Part shown: positions 9,986-19,046 of the stretch, in pieces
Numbering within the stretch: position 1 is the stretch's first letter
Layout: each line of letters starts with the position of its first letter
DNA from: Vicinamibacteria bacterium
GTDB taxonomy: Bacteria > Acidobacteriota > Vicinamibacteria > Fen-336
Assembly (NCBI GenBank): GCA_039812725.1
Contig: JBDIBD010000001.1
Coordinates: 3,550-67,549, forward strand
Reading direction: 5' to 3'
DNA: 64,000 bases
Made by a program: the position numbers and the translations under genes
The notes under the pieces: generated by a model
Database searches by the model: none
What the model was told of the DNA's origin: nothing
Seen by the model: only the letters and a program-made list of their open reading frames with translations

Positions 9986-11134
9986 TCACCCCCGAATGAT
10001 CCGCGCCATGCACTCCGCCAGCTTCTCCGGCGTGCACACCAGGATGTCCATCCCGACCTTCCGAAGCCGCTTGGCAGTCGTCCGGTTGTAGGCCGGCCGG
10101 GCGTCGTACCCCAGCGCCCCGAGCCCGATCATCCGCACTCCCGCTTGGGCCAAATCCTCGGTCTGCCGCACCAAGTCGTCCTCGCTCCCCCCCTCGTAGA
10201 AGTCCGTAATGAGAACGATGATGGTACGGGACGGCTGCCGCACGAGTTGGGCGCCGTACCGGAGCGCCTGGGCGATGTCCGTCCCACCGCCGAGCTGGAC
10301 CTTCATCAGCACGTCCACCGGCTGACCCACCTGGTCCGACAGGTCCACCACTTGGGTGTCGAAGAGGAACAGCGACGTCCGGACCGCCGGCAGCTCGTAG
10401 AAGATCGAGGCCATCACGGCGGAGAACACAGCCGAGTCGAGCATCGAGCCGGACTGGTCGACGGCGATGATCACGTGCCAGGGCCGCCGGCGCCGCTCAG
10501 CCGCGAAGTAGTACACCCGCTCCACCAGCAGGCGCTCGCTCTCCCGGTTGTAGTGCTTGAGGTTCCGACGCAGGGTGGTCTTCAGGTCCAGGTTCCGGTA
10601 CACCTTGCGGGGCGAATGCCGATCGCGCCGCAGTGCCCCCGTGATGGCCGACTCCACAGCCACCTGCATACGCCGCTTTAGCTCCTCCACCACCCGCTCG
10701 ATGATCTTGCGGGCCAGCACACGTGTGTTCTCGTTGAGCAGTTCCTTGTGCGTGAGAAGGGTCTTGACCAACTCGACGTTCGGCTCGACCTTCTCGAGTA
10801 GCTCTGGCTGGTCGAGCAACGCCCGGATCCCCCGCCGCTTGACGAGCTCGCGCTGGAGGACCTCCTGGGCCGAGTGCGGGAACAGTTCGGCGACCTCGTC
10901 GATCCAGGTCGGGACGCTCAGCATCGACTCACCGCGGCCGCCCTTCCGGTCCCCTGACCCCTGAGAGCCCTGCTCGCCGCTCCCTTCGAAGAGAAACCCG
11001 ACGAGCGCCTCGATGCGCTGCAGCCGCGAGTCGTTCCCGACTGTCAGGCCCTCGGCCTCGGCCTCCCGGCCGAGGACCAGCCGCCACCGAGCGACGGTGC
11101 GCGGGTCCGCCGGAACGCCGCTCACAGGTCCCAC
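9986..11134 (-). CDS. VWA domain-containing protein (MoxR-associated, CoxE-like)
   Basis: 382 aa; N-terminal RWRLVLG motif, VWA MIDAS-like IIAVDQSGSM ... GGGTDI; start overlaps upstream DUF5682 gene by 13 nt. Confidence 0.8.
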   Translation of the reverse strand: MGPVSGVPADPRTVARWRLVLGREAEAEGLTVGNDSRLQRIEALVGFLFEGSGEQGSQGSGDRKGGRGESMLSVPTWIDEVAELFPHSAQEVLQRELVKRRGIRALLDQPELLEKVEPNVELVKTLLTHKELLNENTRVLARKIIERVVEELKRRMQVAVESAITGALRRDRHSPRKVYRNLDLKTTLRRNLKHYNRESERLLVERVYYFAAERRRRPWHVIIAVDQSGSMLDSAVFSAVMASIFYELPAVRTSLFLFDTQVVDLSDQVGQPVDVLMKVQLGGGTDIAQALRYGAQLVRQPSRTIIVLITDFYEGGSEDDLVRQTEDLAQAGVRMIGLGALGYDARPAYNRTTAKRLRKVGMDILVCTPEKLAECMARIIRG

Positions 11135-13566
11135 CCCGCCAGGATCCGGCCCACCTGCTCGTCGATGTGCGCCATCAGAGCCCCGGCGGCCACGGAGGTC
11201 CCGAGGCGGATTAGCTCGTCGCTGGTCTTTAGCCCGTGACGGCGGGCCACGCGGTCGGCCAGGGTCAGCCGCTGCCGTTCGTGCAGGCGCTCGAAGGCCC
11301 CGCGCAGCCGCGGCAGCATGACGAGGAAGGAGTCGTGCTCAGCCACCCGCAGCAACTCGTCGACAGCCTCCACGAGGTGTTCCGCCCCGAGGAGCAGCGA
11401 GGTGCGGGAGGTGGCCAACGCTCCGTCGAGGAACTCCCCTGCGACGGTCATCCGGTCGGCTGGCTCCTGGGCGAAGGCGGCCAGGTGCCCGGCCAGGGTT
11501 TCGGCCGAAATCACCCGCAGCTCGGCCAGCAGGCCTAGAAAGGCTCCCCTCAGGAAGGGCACCGTGCTCGCGCCTGCCGCGCTCTCGACGTGCTGGATGA
11601 GCACGTCGCGGTCGAGCCGCTCCTGCTCCCCCAACAGCGCCTCCGCCACCACCCGAAGGGCCTCGATCACGGCTTCCTGTTCGTCCGCGGGGACGTTGGC
11701 GGCTTCCGGAAGCGCGAAGCAGGCGCGGTCAAAGCACTGCTCAACCAGCTCGTCGAGCGCCCCCTCGCGGAACTGCCGATAGGAGAGGTGCCGCCTCAGG
11801 AGCAGCAAGTGGTGGAGGGCCTCGGCCAACGAGACGAAGCGGCCGTCGACGCCGATGGCGGCACGGCAGGCCCGCTCCAGCTCGTCGGCCAGGGTTGGCA
11901 GCTCCATGTCGAGCGCCGCCCGCAGGCGCCCCGCGATGGCCCCCGCCTTGCCCGCGTGCTGGGCCAGTTCCTCCCGCAGCCGGGCCAACGCCGCAGCCTC
12001 CACTGTGTCGCCCAGCAGGGCGCGCTCGGTCAGCTCCGTCTCGACGTCGGGGCTCCAGAGCAGCCGCCACACTTCGCGGAAGATTGTGCCAGAGTCGAGG
12101 TTCCCTCCCCCGCCCTCCAGGAGTTGGACGAGGGGCACGCCCAGGACCCGCAGGCGGTGCAGGAAGGCGGAGCGGCGCCGCCCCAACTCCTCGCGCTTGT
12201 CGAGCCTCAGGGTCAGGCGCTTCTCTTGATCGACCACCTGGCCCAACTCCAGCGCGTCGAGCTCCCCATAGAAGTCCGAGAGGAGCGGAAGCCGGCCGAG
12301 GGCCGGCGTGACCGCGCCGATGCGCGAGCCGATGTCGACGGCGTCGATGGCGGTGCGCAGCCCGCGTCCATGCCGTTCCGGGCTGCCCTTGCAGCAGCAG
12401 GTCAGGATCGCGTCGTGAACGTCGTCGAGCACGGGGTGCGGCCGGCGACGCAGGGACGCCAGCAGCCTCGCATGCTGGGCGATGCTGATGGCGTCCGCCG
12501 AGGAGACCGTCTCGCCCTCCTTCCGCGCCCGCTTGAGCACCGCCACGACGTGCCGCGCGAGCAGCTCGTCGCGGTCTCCGGCCAAGCCGGCCTCAAACAG
12601 CGACTGATAGAACCGCGGGGCGCGGTTCCCGGCCCCGTATCCAGAAAGCTCCGAGACCCGGAAGTAGGAATACGGCACCACGGAGGTGCGGACCGTCCCC
12701 GGCGGGGCGATGGGCGGCGGGCTCGGGTCCGCGCGGTCGAGGAGAAGGTGGAAGCCCCCGCAAACTACCAGGGCCTCGCCCGGGGTGAGCTCGTGCCGCT
12801 CCAGCGCTGCTTGGATGGCGCGCCACATGAACCGCTCGCGCTCGAGGGTCCCGTCGGCGAGCAGGCGCTCCGGCACGGTCGTGGCGCGCGCCGCCGCGCA
12901 GAAGGTCAGCAGGTCGCGACGGAAGGCCTCGCGGTCTGTGGCGTGCGGACCGAACTCGAACAGGCAGTCCCAGGCCTCGTCCCAGTTCCGGTACCCGCCC
13001 GCCCGCGCCAGGGCCTGATAGAAGCCACTATCCAAGAAGACCGCATCCGGCCGGGAGTCCGGCGGAGTTTGGCTTCCGGGGCCCGGGCCGTCGTCCTTCG
13101 GCCGTGGGCGGATCAGGGCCCAGTGCGGCAGGTCGATGAACTCGACCTGGGCCCCGATCGCGGCGGCCGTCTTCATGGCCACGTACTCGGGCGAGTAGGC
13201 CAGCAGCGGGTACCAGGCCGGGAACCGTGCCGGGATGGACTCGCTGGGGCTGGCGATGCCGGCCAGTCCGAGGACGTTCTGGTCGTCCCGGTAAGACGAG
13301 TAGAGCGCCACCGGTGGGCGCGTGCGCTTGTCCACGACGTGAGGAACGAGGTCGGTGGCCTCAGAAGGCCCCTCGATCAGGACCAGGCGCGGCCGCCGCT
13401 CGCGAATGGCGGCCTCGACGTGCCAGGCCACCGCCGGGGAGTGGTGGCGCACAGGGAACCAGTAGATCTCGTCGGCCAGCACCCGCGCGACGACATCCTG
13501 CACGGCCTCCAGATCGAGGCCGGGAACCGGAGGCAGCTCGGGAAGGCCGGCCACGGCCTGTGTCAT
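11122..13566 (-). CDS. DUF5682 family protein
   Basis: 814 aa; typical DUF5682 N-terminus (IYWFPVRHHSPA); positioned between MoxR ATPase and VWA gene as in conserved actinobacterial clusters. Confidence 0.75.
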   Translation of the reverse strand: MTQAVAGLPELPPVPGLDLEAVQDVVARVLADEIYWFPVRHHSPAVAWHVEAAIRERRPRLVLIEGPSEATDLVPHVVDKRTRPPVALYSSYRDDQNVLGLAGIASPSESIPARFPAWYPLLAYSPEYVAMKTAAAIGAQVEFIDLPHWALIRPRPKDDGPGPGSQTPPDSRPDAVFLDSGFYQALARAGGYRNWDEAWDCLFEFGPHATDREAFRRDLLTFCAAARATTVPERLLADGTLERERFMWRAIQAALERHELTPGEALVVCGGFHLLLDRADPSPPPIAPPGTVRTSVVPYSYFRVSELSGYGAGNRAPRFYQSLFEAGLAGDRDELLARHVVAVLKRARKEGETVSSADAISIAQHARLLASLRRRPHPVLDDVHDAILTCCCKGSPERHGRGLRTAIDAVDIGSRIGAVTPALGRLPLLSDFYGELDALELGQVVDQEKRLTLRLDKREELGRRRSAFLHRLRVLGVPLVQLLEGGGGNLDSGTIFREVWRLLWSPDVETELTERALLGDTVEAAALARLREELAQHAGKAGAIAGRLRAALDMELPTLADELERACRAAIGVDGRFVSLAEALHHLLLLRRHLSYRQFREGALDELVEQCFDRACFALPEAANVPADEQEAVIEALRVVAEALLGEQERLDRDVLIQHVESAAGASTVPFLRGAFLGLLAELRVISAETLAGHLAAFAQEPADRMTVAGEFLDGALATSRTSLLLGAEHLVEAVDELLRVAEHDSFLVMLPRLRGAFERLHERQRLTLADRVARRHGLKTSDELIRLGTSVAAGALMAHIDEQVGRILAGWDL

Positions 13567-13576
13567 CCCCGGGCGC

Positions 13577-14746
13577 TCACTTGCTGGGCAGCACTTCCTG
13601 GAGTCCGTCGAAGAAGGCGCTCCAGTCGGCGTCCTTGGCGGCCCGCTTCTTGGCCACCAACGTCGCGTACTCCTTCAGGGCCGCCAGGTCGCCCACGTCT
13701 TCCTTGACGACCGAGCCCACGATGTTCCGCGCGATGTCGCCCCCGCCAACCTTGTGCTTGCCGAAGAACGAGGCTCTCAAGGCCGACTCGACCGCCACGC
13801 CGATGGCCTCCGCAGTCGACAGCGTGGTGGAGGGTTGCTTGAGGCTGGTGCCGTCCGCGCTCCGACCTTCCCGAATCTCCCGGAAGGCGGTGGCAATCAG
13901 CTGGGCCATCTTGGGCGGCACCTCGAGCGGCACCCGATAACGCGACAGGAGCTCGGCCGATCGCTGCCGGACGATCTCGACCTCGGTCTTGGCGTCCTCG
14001 ACCACGGGTATGTGGATGTAGTTGAAGCGGCGCTTCAGTGCGGCCGAGAGCTCGTTCACCCCTTGGTCGCGGGTGTTGGCCGTGGCGATCAGGTTGAAGC
14101 CCGGGCGGGCCCAGACCATGTTGGCCTCGGGCAACTCGGGCACGGCGATGGCCTTGTCGGAGAGGATCGAGACCAGCGCGTCCTGGACGTCGGGGACGCA
14201 GCGGGTGATCTCCTCGAAGCGCAGCAGGCTGCCCGTGCGCATCGCGACCATGGTCGGAGCCGGGATCAGATTCTGGGGCGTCGGGCCCTCGGCGATCACC
14301 CGGGCGATGTTCCAGGAGTACTTGATCTGCTCCTCCGTGGTACCTGCCGTGCCCTGGATCGTGAGGGTCGAGGTGCCGCTGATGGCGGCCGCCAGGTGCT
14401 CCGAGAGCCAGCTCTTGCCGGTGCCAGGATCGCCCAGCAGCAGCAGGGCCCGTTCGGAGGCCAGCGTCACGATGGCGCGCTCGACGATGGACCGGTCGCC
14501 GTAGAACTTGGTGGTGATCGCCACCGACCTCTTGGCACCGTCGATCTTGGCCTCCACCGTAGCGCCGCCCAGGATGTACGCCAGAACCGCGCGTGGGGAC
14601 AGGCGCCAGCTCTCCGGGCGGTCGTCCTTGTCGGTGGCAGCCAGGGCCTCGAGCTCCTCCCGGTAGCGAACCTCGGCAGGGTCTCGCAGCCGCTCCCCGG
14701 TCGAGGGGCTCTCCGCTGCAGGCTGCGACTTCTCCTTCGAGGCCAT
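13577..14746 (-). CDS. MoxR-like AAA+ ATPase
   Basis: 389 aa; Walker A GDPGTGKS, Walker B-like, AAA_5/MoxR layout; strong RBS GAAGGAG before ATG at 14746. Confidence 0.9.
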   Translation of the reverse strand: MASKEKSQPAAESPSTGERLRDPAEVRYREELEALAATDKDDRPESWRLSPRAVLAYILGGATVEAKIDGAKRSVAITTKFYGDRSIVERAIVTLASERALLLLGDPGTGKSWLSEHLAAAISGTSTLTIQGTAGTTEEQIKYSWNIARVIAEGPTPQNLIPAPTMVAMRTGSLLRFEEITRCVPDVQDALVSILSDKAIAVPELPEANMVWARPGFNLIATANTRDQGVNELSAALKRRFNYIHIPVVEDAKTEVEIVRQRSAELLSRYRVPLEVPPKMAQLIATAFREIREGRSADGTSLKQPSTTLSTAEAIGVAVESALRASFFGKHKVGGGDIARNIVGSVVKEDVGDLAALKEYATLVAKKRAAKDADWSAFFDGLQEVLPSK

Positions 14747-14756
14747 GAGGACTCCT

Positions 14757-15866
14757 TCAGGTGAACTTGAGCGCCTTCACGAGTGCGGCGGCGTCGAACG
14801 TCTCCTTGCTGAGCAGGAGCGCCTCCGGCCCCCGGGCCGTGAAGAGAGTCAGGGGCTGCAACATGAACCGGCACATCTCGTAGTGCACGATGCCGAAAAG
14901 GCGGGCGTCCTGGGGCTGCTTCCACGAGTCCAATGCGCCTCGCAACAGGGCGTCGTCGGGCCCCTGCCCGGCCAGCACGTGGCAGGTGAGCGTACCCGCG
15001 ACCAGGGGGACCCGCTGTAGCTGCTCGCGGGGGACATCCTCCGGCTCCCCAGTGCGGAAACCGGTCAGGACGACTTCCTCCTGGAGCTCCACCTCGAGGT
15101 CGAAGGGGCCCGGCGTGCAGCCCGTGATTCGGTCGAGGGCCCCGCGAGCGTCCCAGGTCAGGAACCTGTCCCAGTCCTCGAAGGGCTCGGCCCGCGAGGC
15201 GACCTTCGACTCTCGGGTCAGGCTGAGGCGTCCCTCGTCCGAGACGACCGCGGCGGTCACGCGGTTGACCTGGCCCGGGAGAAAGGCGGCAGCCTTGAAG
15301 CCCTGAGGCTGCGGAAGGTGCAGGAACGCGTCCGGGGGCACATCGGAGCCGCCCCGCAGGGGGAACACGATCGACCACGACAACGGCGCGCCGGCGGCCA
15401 AGCCGTCGACCGCCTCGAGCGCCCGCAGGCGAAAGTCGAAGGCCGCGAAGGCCCCCCGCACGACGCGCTTGCCGACGCCGAGCGTCACCACCTCGAGATT
15501 CGGGAGGGGGCGGCTACCACCGAGCCCCGCCAGCAGGCGCCAGCGGGGCTCGTCCTCGGCCTCGAGCGCCTTGCGCAGGCCGCGACTGAGCATCCAGGCC
15601 CTGTTCAGGAAGAAGCCGTACCGCCGGCGGGAGAACCCCGTGTCGTTCTTGGCGAAGCGCCCCAGCTCCTCAGTGGCAACCCGCAGAGTGAAGCCCAGCC
15701 TCAGGAGCCGCATGCGCGATGCCGCCTCGAACGAGACCGCGAGGGTGCGGCGCGTGGCCTCAGACGCGGCCGCGAGGCCGGTCAGGAGGAGATCCTCGAC
15801 GGCTTGCTCGAGGTCTCGGAGCAGCCGCTGGAGGCCCTCACGCTCGGCAGCCGGAGGCAGGCTCAT
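14757..15866 (-). CDS. hypothetical protein (operon member, no recognised domain)
   Basis: 369 aa; start overlaps (ATGA) the upstream small ORF; stop 10 nt before MoxR gene; GC3-biased codons. Confidence 0.6.
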   Translation of the reverse strand: MSLPPAAEREGLQRLLRDLEQAVEDLLLTGLAAASEATRRTLAVSFEAASRMRLLRLGFTLRVATEELGRFAKNDTGFSRRRYGFFLNRAWMLSRGLRKALEAEDEPRWRLLAGLGGSRPLPNLEVVTLGVGKRVVRGAFAAFDFRLRALEAVDGLAAGAPLSWSIVFPLRGGSDVPPDAFLHLPQPQGFKAAAFLPGQVNRVTAAVVSDEGRLSLTRESKVASRAEPFEDWDRFLTWDARGALDRITGCTPGPFDLEVELQEEVVLTGFRTGEPEDVPREQLQRVPLVAGTLTCHVLAGQGPDDALLRGALDSWKQPQDARLFGIVHYEMCRFMLQPLTLFTARGPEALLLSKETFDAAALVKALKFT

Positions 15867-16213
15867 GCCGGTTCGCCTTCCGAATCCCCATCAGGTCCTT
15901 CGATGGCTCCGGCGAGCGTCCGCAGTTGGCCTGCCGCCACTTCCAGGGTCAGGACGCGTTCGAAGACGCGCAGGCTGGCCTGCGTCCGAGCCAGGGCCGC
16001 CGCCGCCTCCCGGCGGTCGCCCGACACGGCCTCCACGAGGGCCCCGAGCCGGCTGGCGAGGTGCGAGGCGCCGACCTGCGCCAGATCCTCCTGCACGGCC
16101 CTCAAGACGGGGAGGCGCTCGGGGCCCGAGACCCGAAGCCCGCCAACTGCCAAGTCCTCGAGCTCCGCCTGCAGCCGGCCGAGCGCATAGGTGATCTCGG
16201 CCAGCTCGGTCAC
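15863..16213 (-). CDS. small hypothetical protein (116 aa), operon member
   Basis: Start overlaps (ATGA) the stop of the BRCT-SWIM gene; helical, Ala/Leu-rich. Confidence 0.45.
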   Translation of the reverse strand: MTELAEITYALGRLQAELEDLAVGGLRVSGPERLPVLRAVQEDLAQVGASHLASRLGALVEAVSGDRREAAAALARTQASLRVFERVLTLEVAAGQLRTLAGAIEGPDGDSEGEPA

Positions 16214-17259
16214 AGGGCGTAGTAGTCCTCAGGAACCGTCTCGGTCGGGCGCCAGTCGATCTCGCCGGCCTGGGCGCTCTTGAGGCGAAGAACGAGCTCG
16301 GCGCTCGCCTGGGGCTCCTCGACCGGCGATTCCCGCGAGGCAACCTGGGCCCAGCCATGCGCCACGCGAGCGTCGAGGAGCCCCTTGCTCGCCAGCCCGA
16401 CCAGGAGCACCACAAGGTGCTTGCAGATGTCGCCCCGCATCCCCATGCACAGGCGCATGTTCCCGTCGAAGCAGCTGAAGCTCCCGTCGTCCTGCATCCA
16501 GCAAGCGTAGTACGCCTCGGGTTCGGTCTGGCTTCTGACGATCCCACCAACCGAGGAGGCGGTCGTCAGATGGTAGAGCTGCAGAGCGCCCTCTTTGAGC
16601 ATGCGGATGGCACGCTCGACCTTCTTCGGGTCGGTCAGCGTCCGCAGGTGGACTGCGAGACCGCGAGCGTCGTACCCCGATTCCCCGGGACGCCGGAGGC
16701 ATGCCATAAGGTCCAGGAACTCGTCCTCGTCTAGGACCCTCAGGGACGGGCGAGCGACCTGGAGCTCCTTCAAGCGGGCCAACTCCGCCTGCTTGCCCCT
16801 GCCCCGTCCACTGCCCACCACGGCGAAGTCGACCGCGTCGGTGGCCTCAGTGATGACCTGCCCCCCGGCGGCTACGACCATGGCCGAGGGGCTCTCAAGA
16901 TCAAGGCCGCGCGACAACCCGCCTACGAAGAGGAATGCCTTGCCGGCGATCTTGGGTCGCAGGAGAAAGAGGAAGCTCGTCGGGTCGAGCGTCTGCGGAC
17001 CTCGCCCCTCGGCTCGGAGCCGCTCGGCCTTGCGCAACGCCTCGGCCTTCCCCTTGCCAGGCTTGTTCCCTACGACCAGGAAGTCCGCATCCTCGAGCCG
17101 TGACACGAGTCGGGCGTTACGCCGCCTGAGATGCGGCTCGGGCCCTCCCTCAGGGAGGACGCTTGGCCAGTCGTCGAACCCCCACTTCCCCACCAGGAAG
17201 AACCGCTTGCCCCTGAGGTCCTCGGCGTACTCCAGCACCGGCGCACTCGACCTAGCCAT
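16210..17259 (-). CDS. SWIM zinc finger protein with BRCT-like N-terminal repeats
   Basis: 349 aa; SWIM motif CWMQDDGSFSCFDGNMRLCMGMRGDICKHLVVLL (CxC...CxH); two BRCT-like units (FFLVGKWGF..., FLFVGGLSRGL...); C-terminal AQAGEIDWRPTETVPEDYYAL shared with neighbouring paralog. Confidence 0.75.
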   Translation of the reverse strand: MARSSAPVLEYAEDLRGKRFFLVGKWGFDDWPSVLPEGGPEPHLRRRNARLVSRLEDADFLVVGNKPGKGKAEALRKAERLRAEGRGPQTLDPTSFLFLLRPKIAGKAFLFVGGLSRGLDLESPSAMVVAAGGQVITEATDAVDFAVVGSGRGRGKQAELARLKELQVARPSLRVLDEDEFLDLMACLRRPGESGYDARGLAVHLRTLTDPKKVERAIRMLKEGALQLYHLTTASSVGGIVRSQTEPEAYYACWMQDDGSFSCFDGNMRLCMGMRGDICKHLVVLLVGLASKGLLDARVAHGWAQVASRESPVEEPQASAELVLRLKSAQAGEIDWRPTETVPEDYYAL

Positions 17260-17262
17260 GGT

Positions 17263-18681
17263 TCAGTAGGCGTAGAAGTCCTCAGGGATCGTCTCGGTCG
17301 GCCGCCAGTCGATCTCGCCGGCCTGGGCTCCCTTGTACTTCAGCAGCACCACGCCAAGAGTGTCCTTGTCGAGGACCGGCCGGTGTAGGGTGCTGCGTTG
17401 CACCCAGTCGTCGAGCGTGTCGGGGTGGATCTCGTGGGCCTGGGCCAGCCCGACGACGAGGACCAGCAGGTGCTTGCACAGCGACCCGCGCAGCCCCCCG
17501 CAGATGTTGAGGTTCTGGGTGCAGCAGGAAAAGGCGCCGTGGGCGCTGAGGGTGCAGGAGTAGACCAGGTCTGGATCGCTCTGGCTCTTGACCACGCCCG
17601 TCAGCCGCGCATCTTCGACCTCCACGAAGAGCTGAAAACGCTCGCCCTTGAGCATGTTCAGCGCCTTCCGGAGCCTGGGCTTCTCGATAGAGGCCTCCAG
17701 CCGCTTCATGAACGCGGCCAGGTCCACCGGGCCCTCGGTCTTCTTGCGCTCGGTGATCGCGGCCAACGCAACCGGGCTCGGCCCCTGGCCCATCCAACGG
17801 AGCCCCTCGGGGAACGGCCCCCCCTCGGGCCAGGTGGTGGCCGCGTCGTACTGAGCGCCAACCCACTGCGCCCCGTGGAGGCGGGCCCCTGTGAACACGG
17901 CGCCCTGGAGGCGCGCGTGGCTCAGGTCCGCTCCCGTCAGGTCGGCACCCCCGAAGTGCGCCTGTTTGAGGACGGCGCCCTTGAGGAGTGCCCGGCCCAG
18001 CCTCGCGCTGGTGAAGGTGGCCTTCGAGAAGTCGCGACCGCTGAGGTCGGCCTCCGCCAGCACCGCGGCGTCGAAAGATGCTCCGGGCATGTCGACGAGC
18101 CGAGCCCCTGTCAGGTCGCACCCAATCAGCTTGACGCGCTTCAGGGGCGCGAGTGCCGAGGCCTCCTTCACGCGCGCGTTCCACTGCTCCACGCCAGGCG
18201 CTCCGGCGGCCAGCAAGGCGAGAAGCTGCTTCTGCCGGCTCTTCGCGCCGGCCCGTTCCTCCTGCTCGGCCGCCCGCTTGGCCTGGCGACGTGCTGTCAC
18301 CTCTTCCGCCGCCGGTGGCGCCTCGCCGAAAGCCTCGTACCACGCCGCCAGGCACAAGTCGGTCAACTCTTGTCCGCCGACCGGGCACTTGCTCCCGCTG
18401 CCCTTGACGGAGTCGGCCACAAGGCTGCCCTGCCCGGCCAGACGGGACGCCAAGGCAACCATCGCCTCGGAGGCCGTTCGCGTTCGGCGCCAGTCCTGGG
18501 GTCGCCCGGCAATCACGCTCTTGCCCAGCGCCGAGGTGCCCTGGGCGTCGCTGCTCTGCCGGACCTCGAGGTCGAAGACCCCGCCGCCTGTCCGAACGAA
18601 TTGGGCGCGCGCAACGATCGTCTTCGCCAGGCGAGCAACTCGCTCCAACTCCACGAGACTGGGCCCAAGGGTGGCTGTCAT
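17263..18681 (-). CDS. pentapeptide-repeat protein with C-terminal SWIM zinc finger
   Basis: Pentapeptide repeats (ADLSGRDFSKATFTSARLGRALLKGAVLKQAHFGGADLTGADLSHARLQGAVFTGARL); SWIM CTLSAHGAFSCCTQNLNICGGLRGSLCKHLLVLV; internal ATG at 18681 (MTATLGPSLVEL) preferred over track start 18936, which lies in a low-complexity leader. Confidence 0.75.
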   Translation of the reverse strand: MTATLGPSLVELERVARLAKTIVARAQFVRTGGGVFDLEVRQSSDAQGTSALGKSVIAGRPQDWRRTRTASEAMVALASRLAGQGSLVADSVKGSGSKCPVGGQELTDLCLAAWYEAFGEAPPAAEEVTARRQAKRAAEQEERAGAKSRQKQLLALLAAGAPGVEQWNARVKEASALAPLKRVKLIGCDLTGARLVDMPGASFDAAVLAEADLSGRDFSKATFTSARLGRALLKGAVLKQAHFGGADLTGADLSHARLQGAVFTGARLHGAQWVGAQYDAATTWPEGGPFPEGLRWMGQGPSPVALAAITERKKTEGPVDLAAFMKRLEASIEKPRLRKALNMLKGERFQLFVEVEDARLTGVVKSQSDPDLVYSCTLSAHGAFSCCTQNLNICGGLRGSLCKHLLVLVVGLAQAHEIHPDTLDDWVQRSTLHRPVLDKDTLGVVLLKYKGAQAGEIDWRPTETIPEDFYAY

Positions 18682-19046
18682 CGCGGAACGGATTGTGCCA
18701 TGGGCCGAAGCCTCCAGCCCCGGGCCCTCGGCGAGTCGGCTCGGCTGAGGCCTCGGACGCGATGCCAGGCATGACCCTGAAGTCGCAGGCAAGGGCACCG
18801 ACCGCTCCGCAGGGATGACTCGGCAACAGCTTGAGCTGGCCGACGTCGTGCCAGCGTTCCAGCAAGAAAAAACCACCTGATTTTTCTTCGAGGTGCTGCG
18901 CCGCCCCACCCGCTCAACCCCAAGGCCATCGCTCAAGTTCCATCAAGTCAATCCGTTGGGCGCCGTGGCGGGTACTGGCACGCCCCATGCATTCTCTTCT
19001 GGCCAATGGTGAACAGCCAGCGACGAAGACCGACAAGGAGAAAGAG

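Noticed and set aside
11590-13707. 705-aa plus-strand ORF
   Set aside because: Antisense to the DUF5682 gene; low-complexity translation.
17282-18865. 527-aa alternative minus-strand frame
   Set aside because: Arg/Gly/Pro-rich; the overlapping frame 17263..18681 carries the pentapeptide and SWIM motifs.
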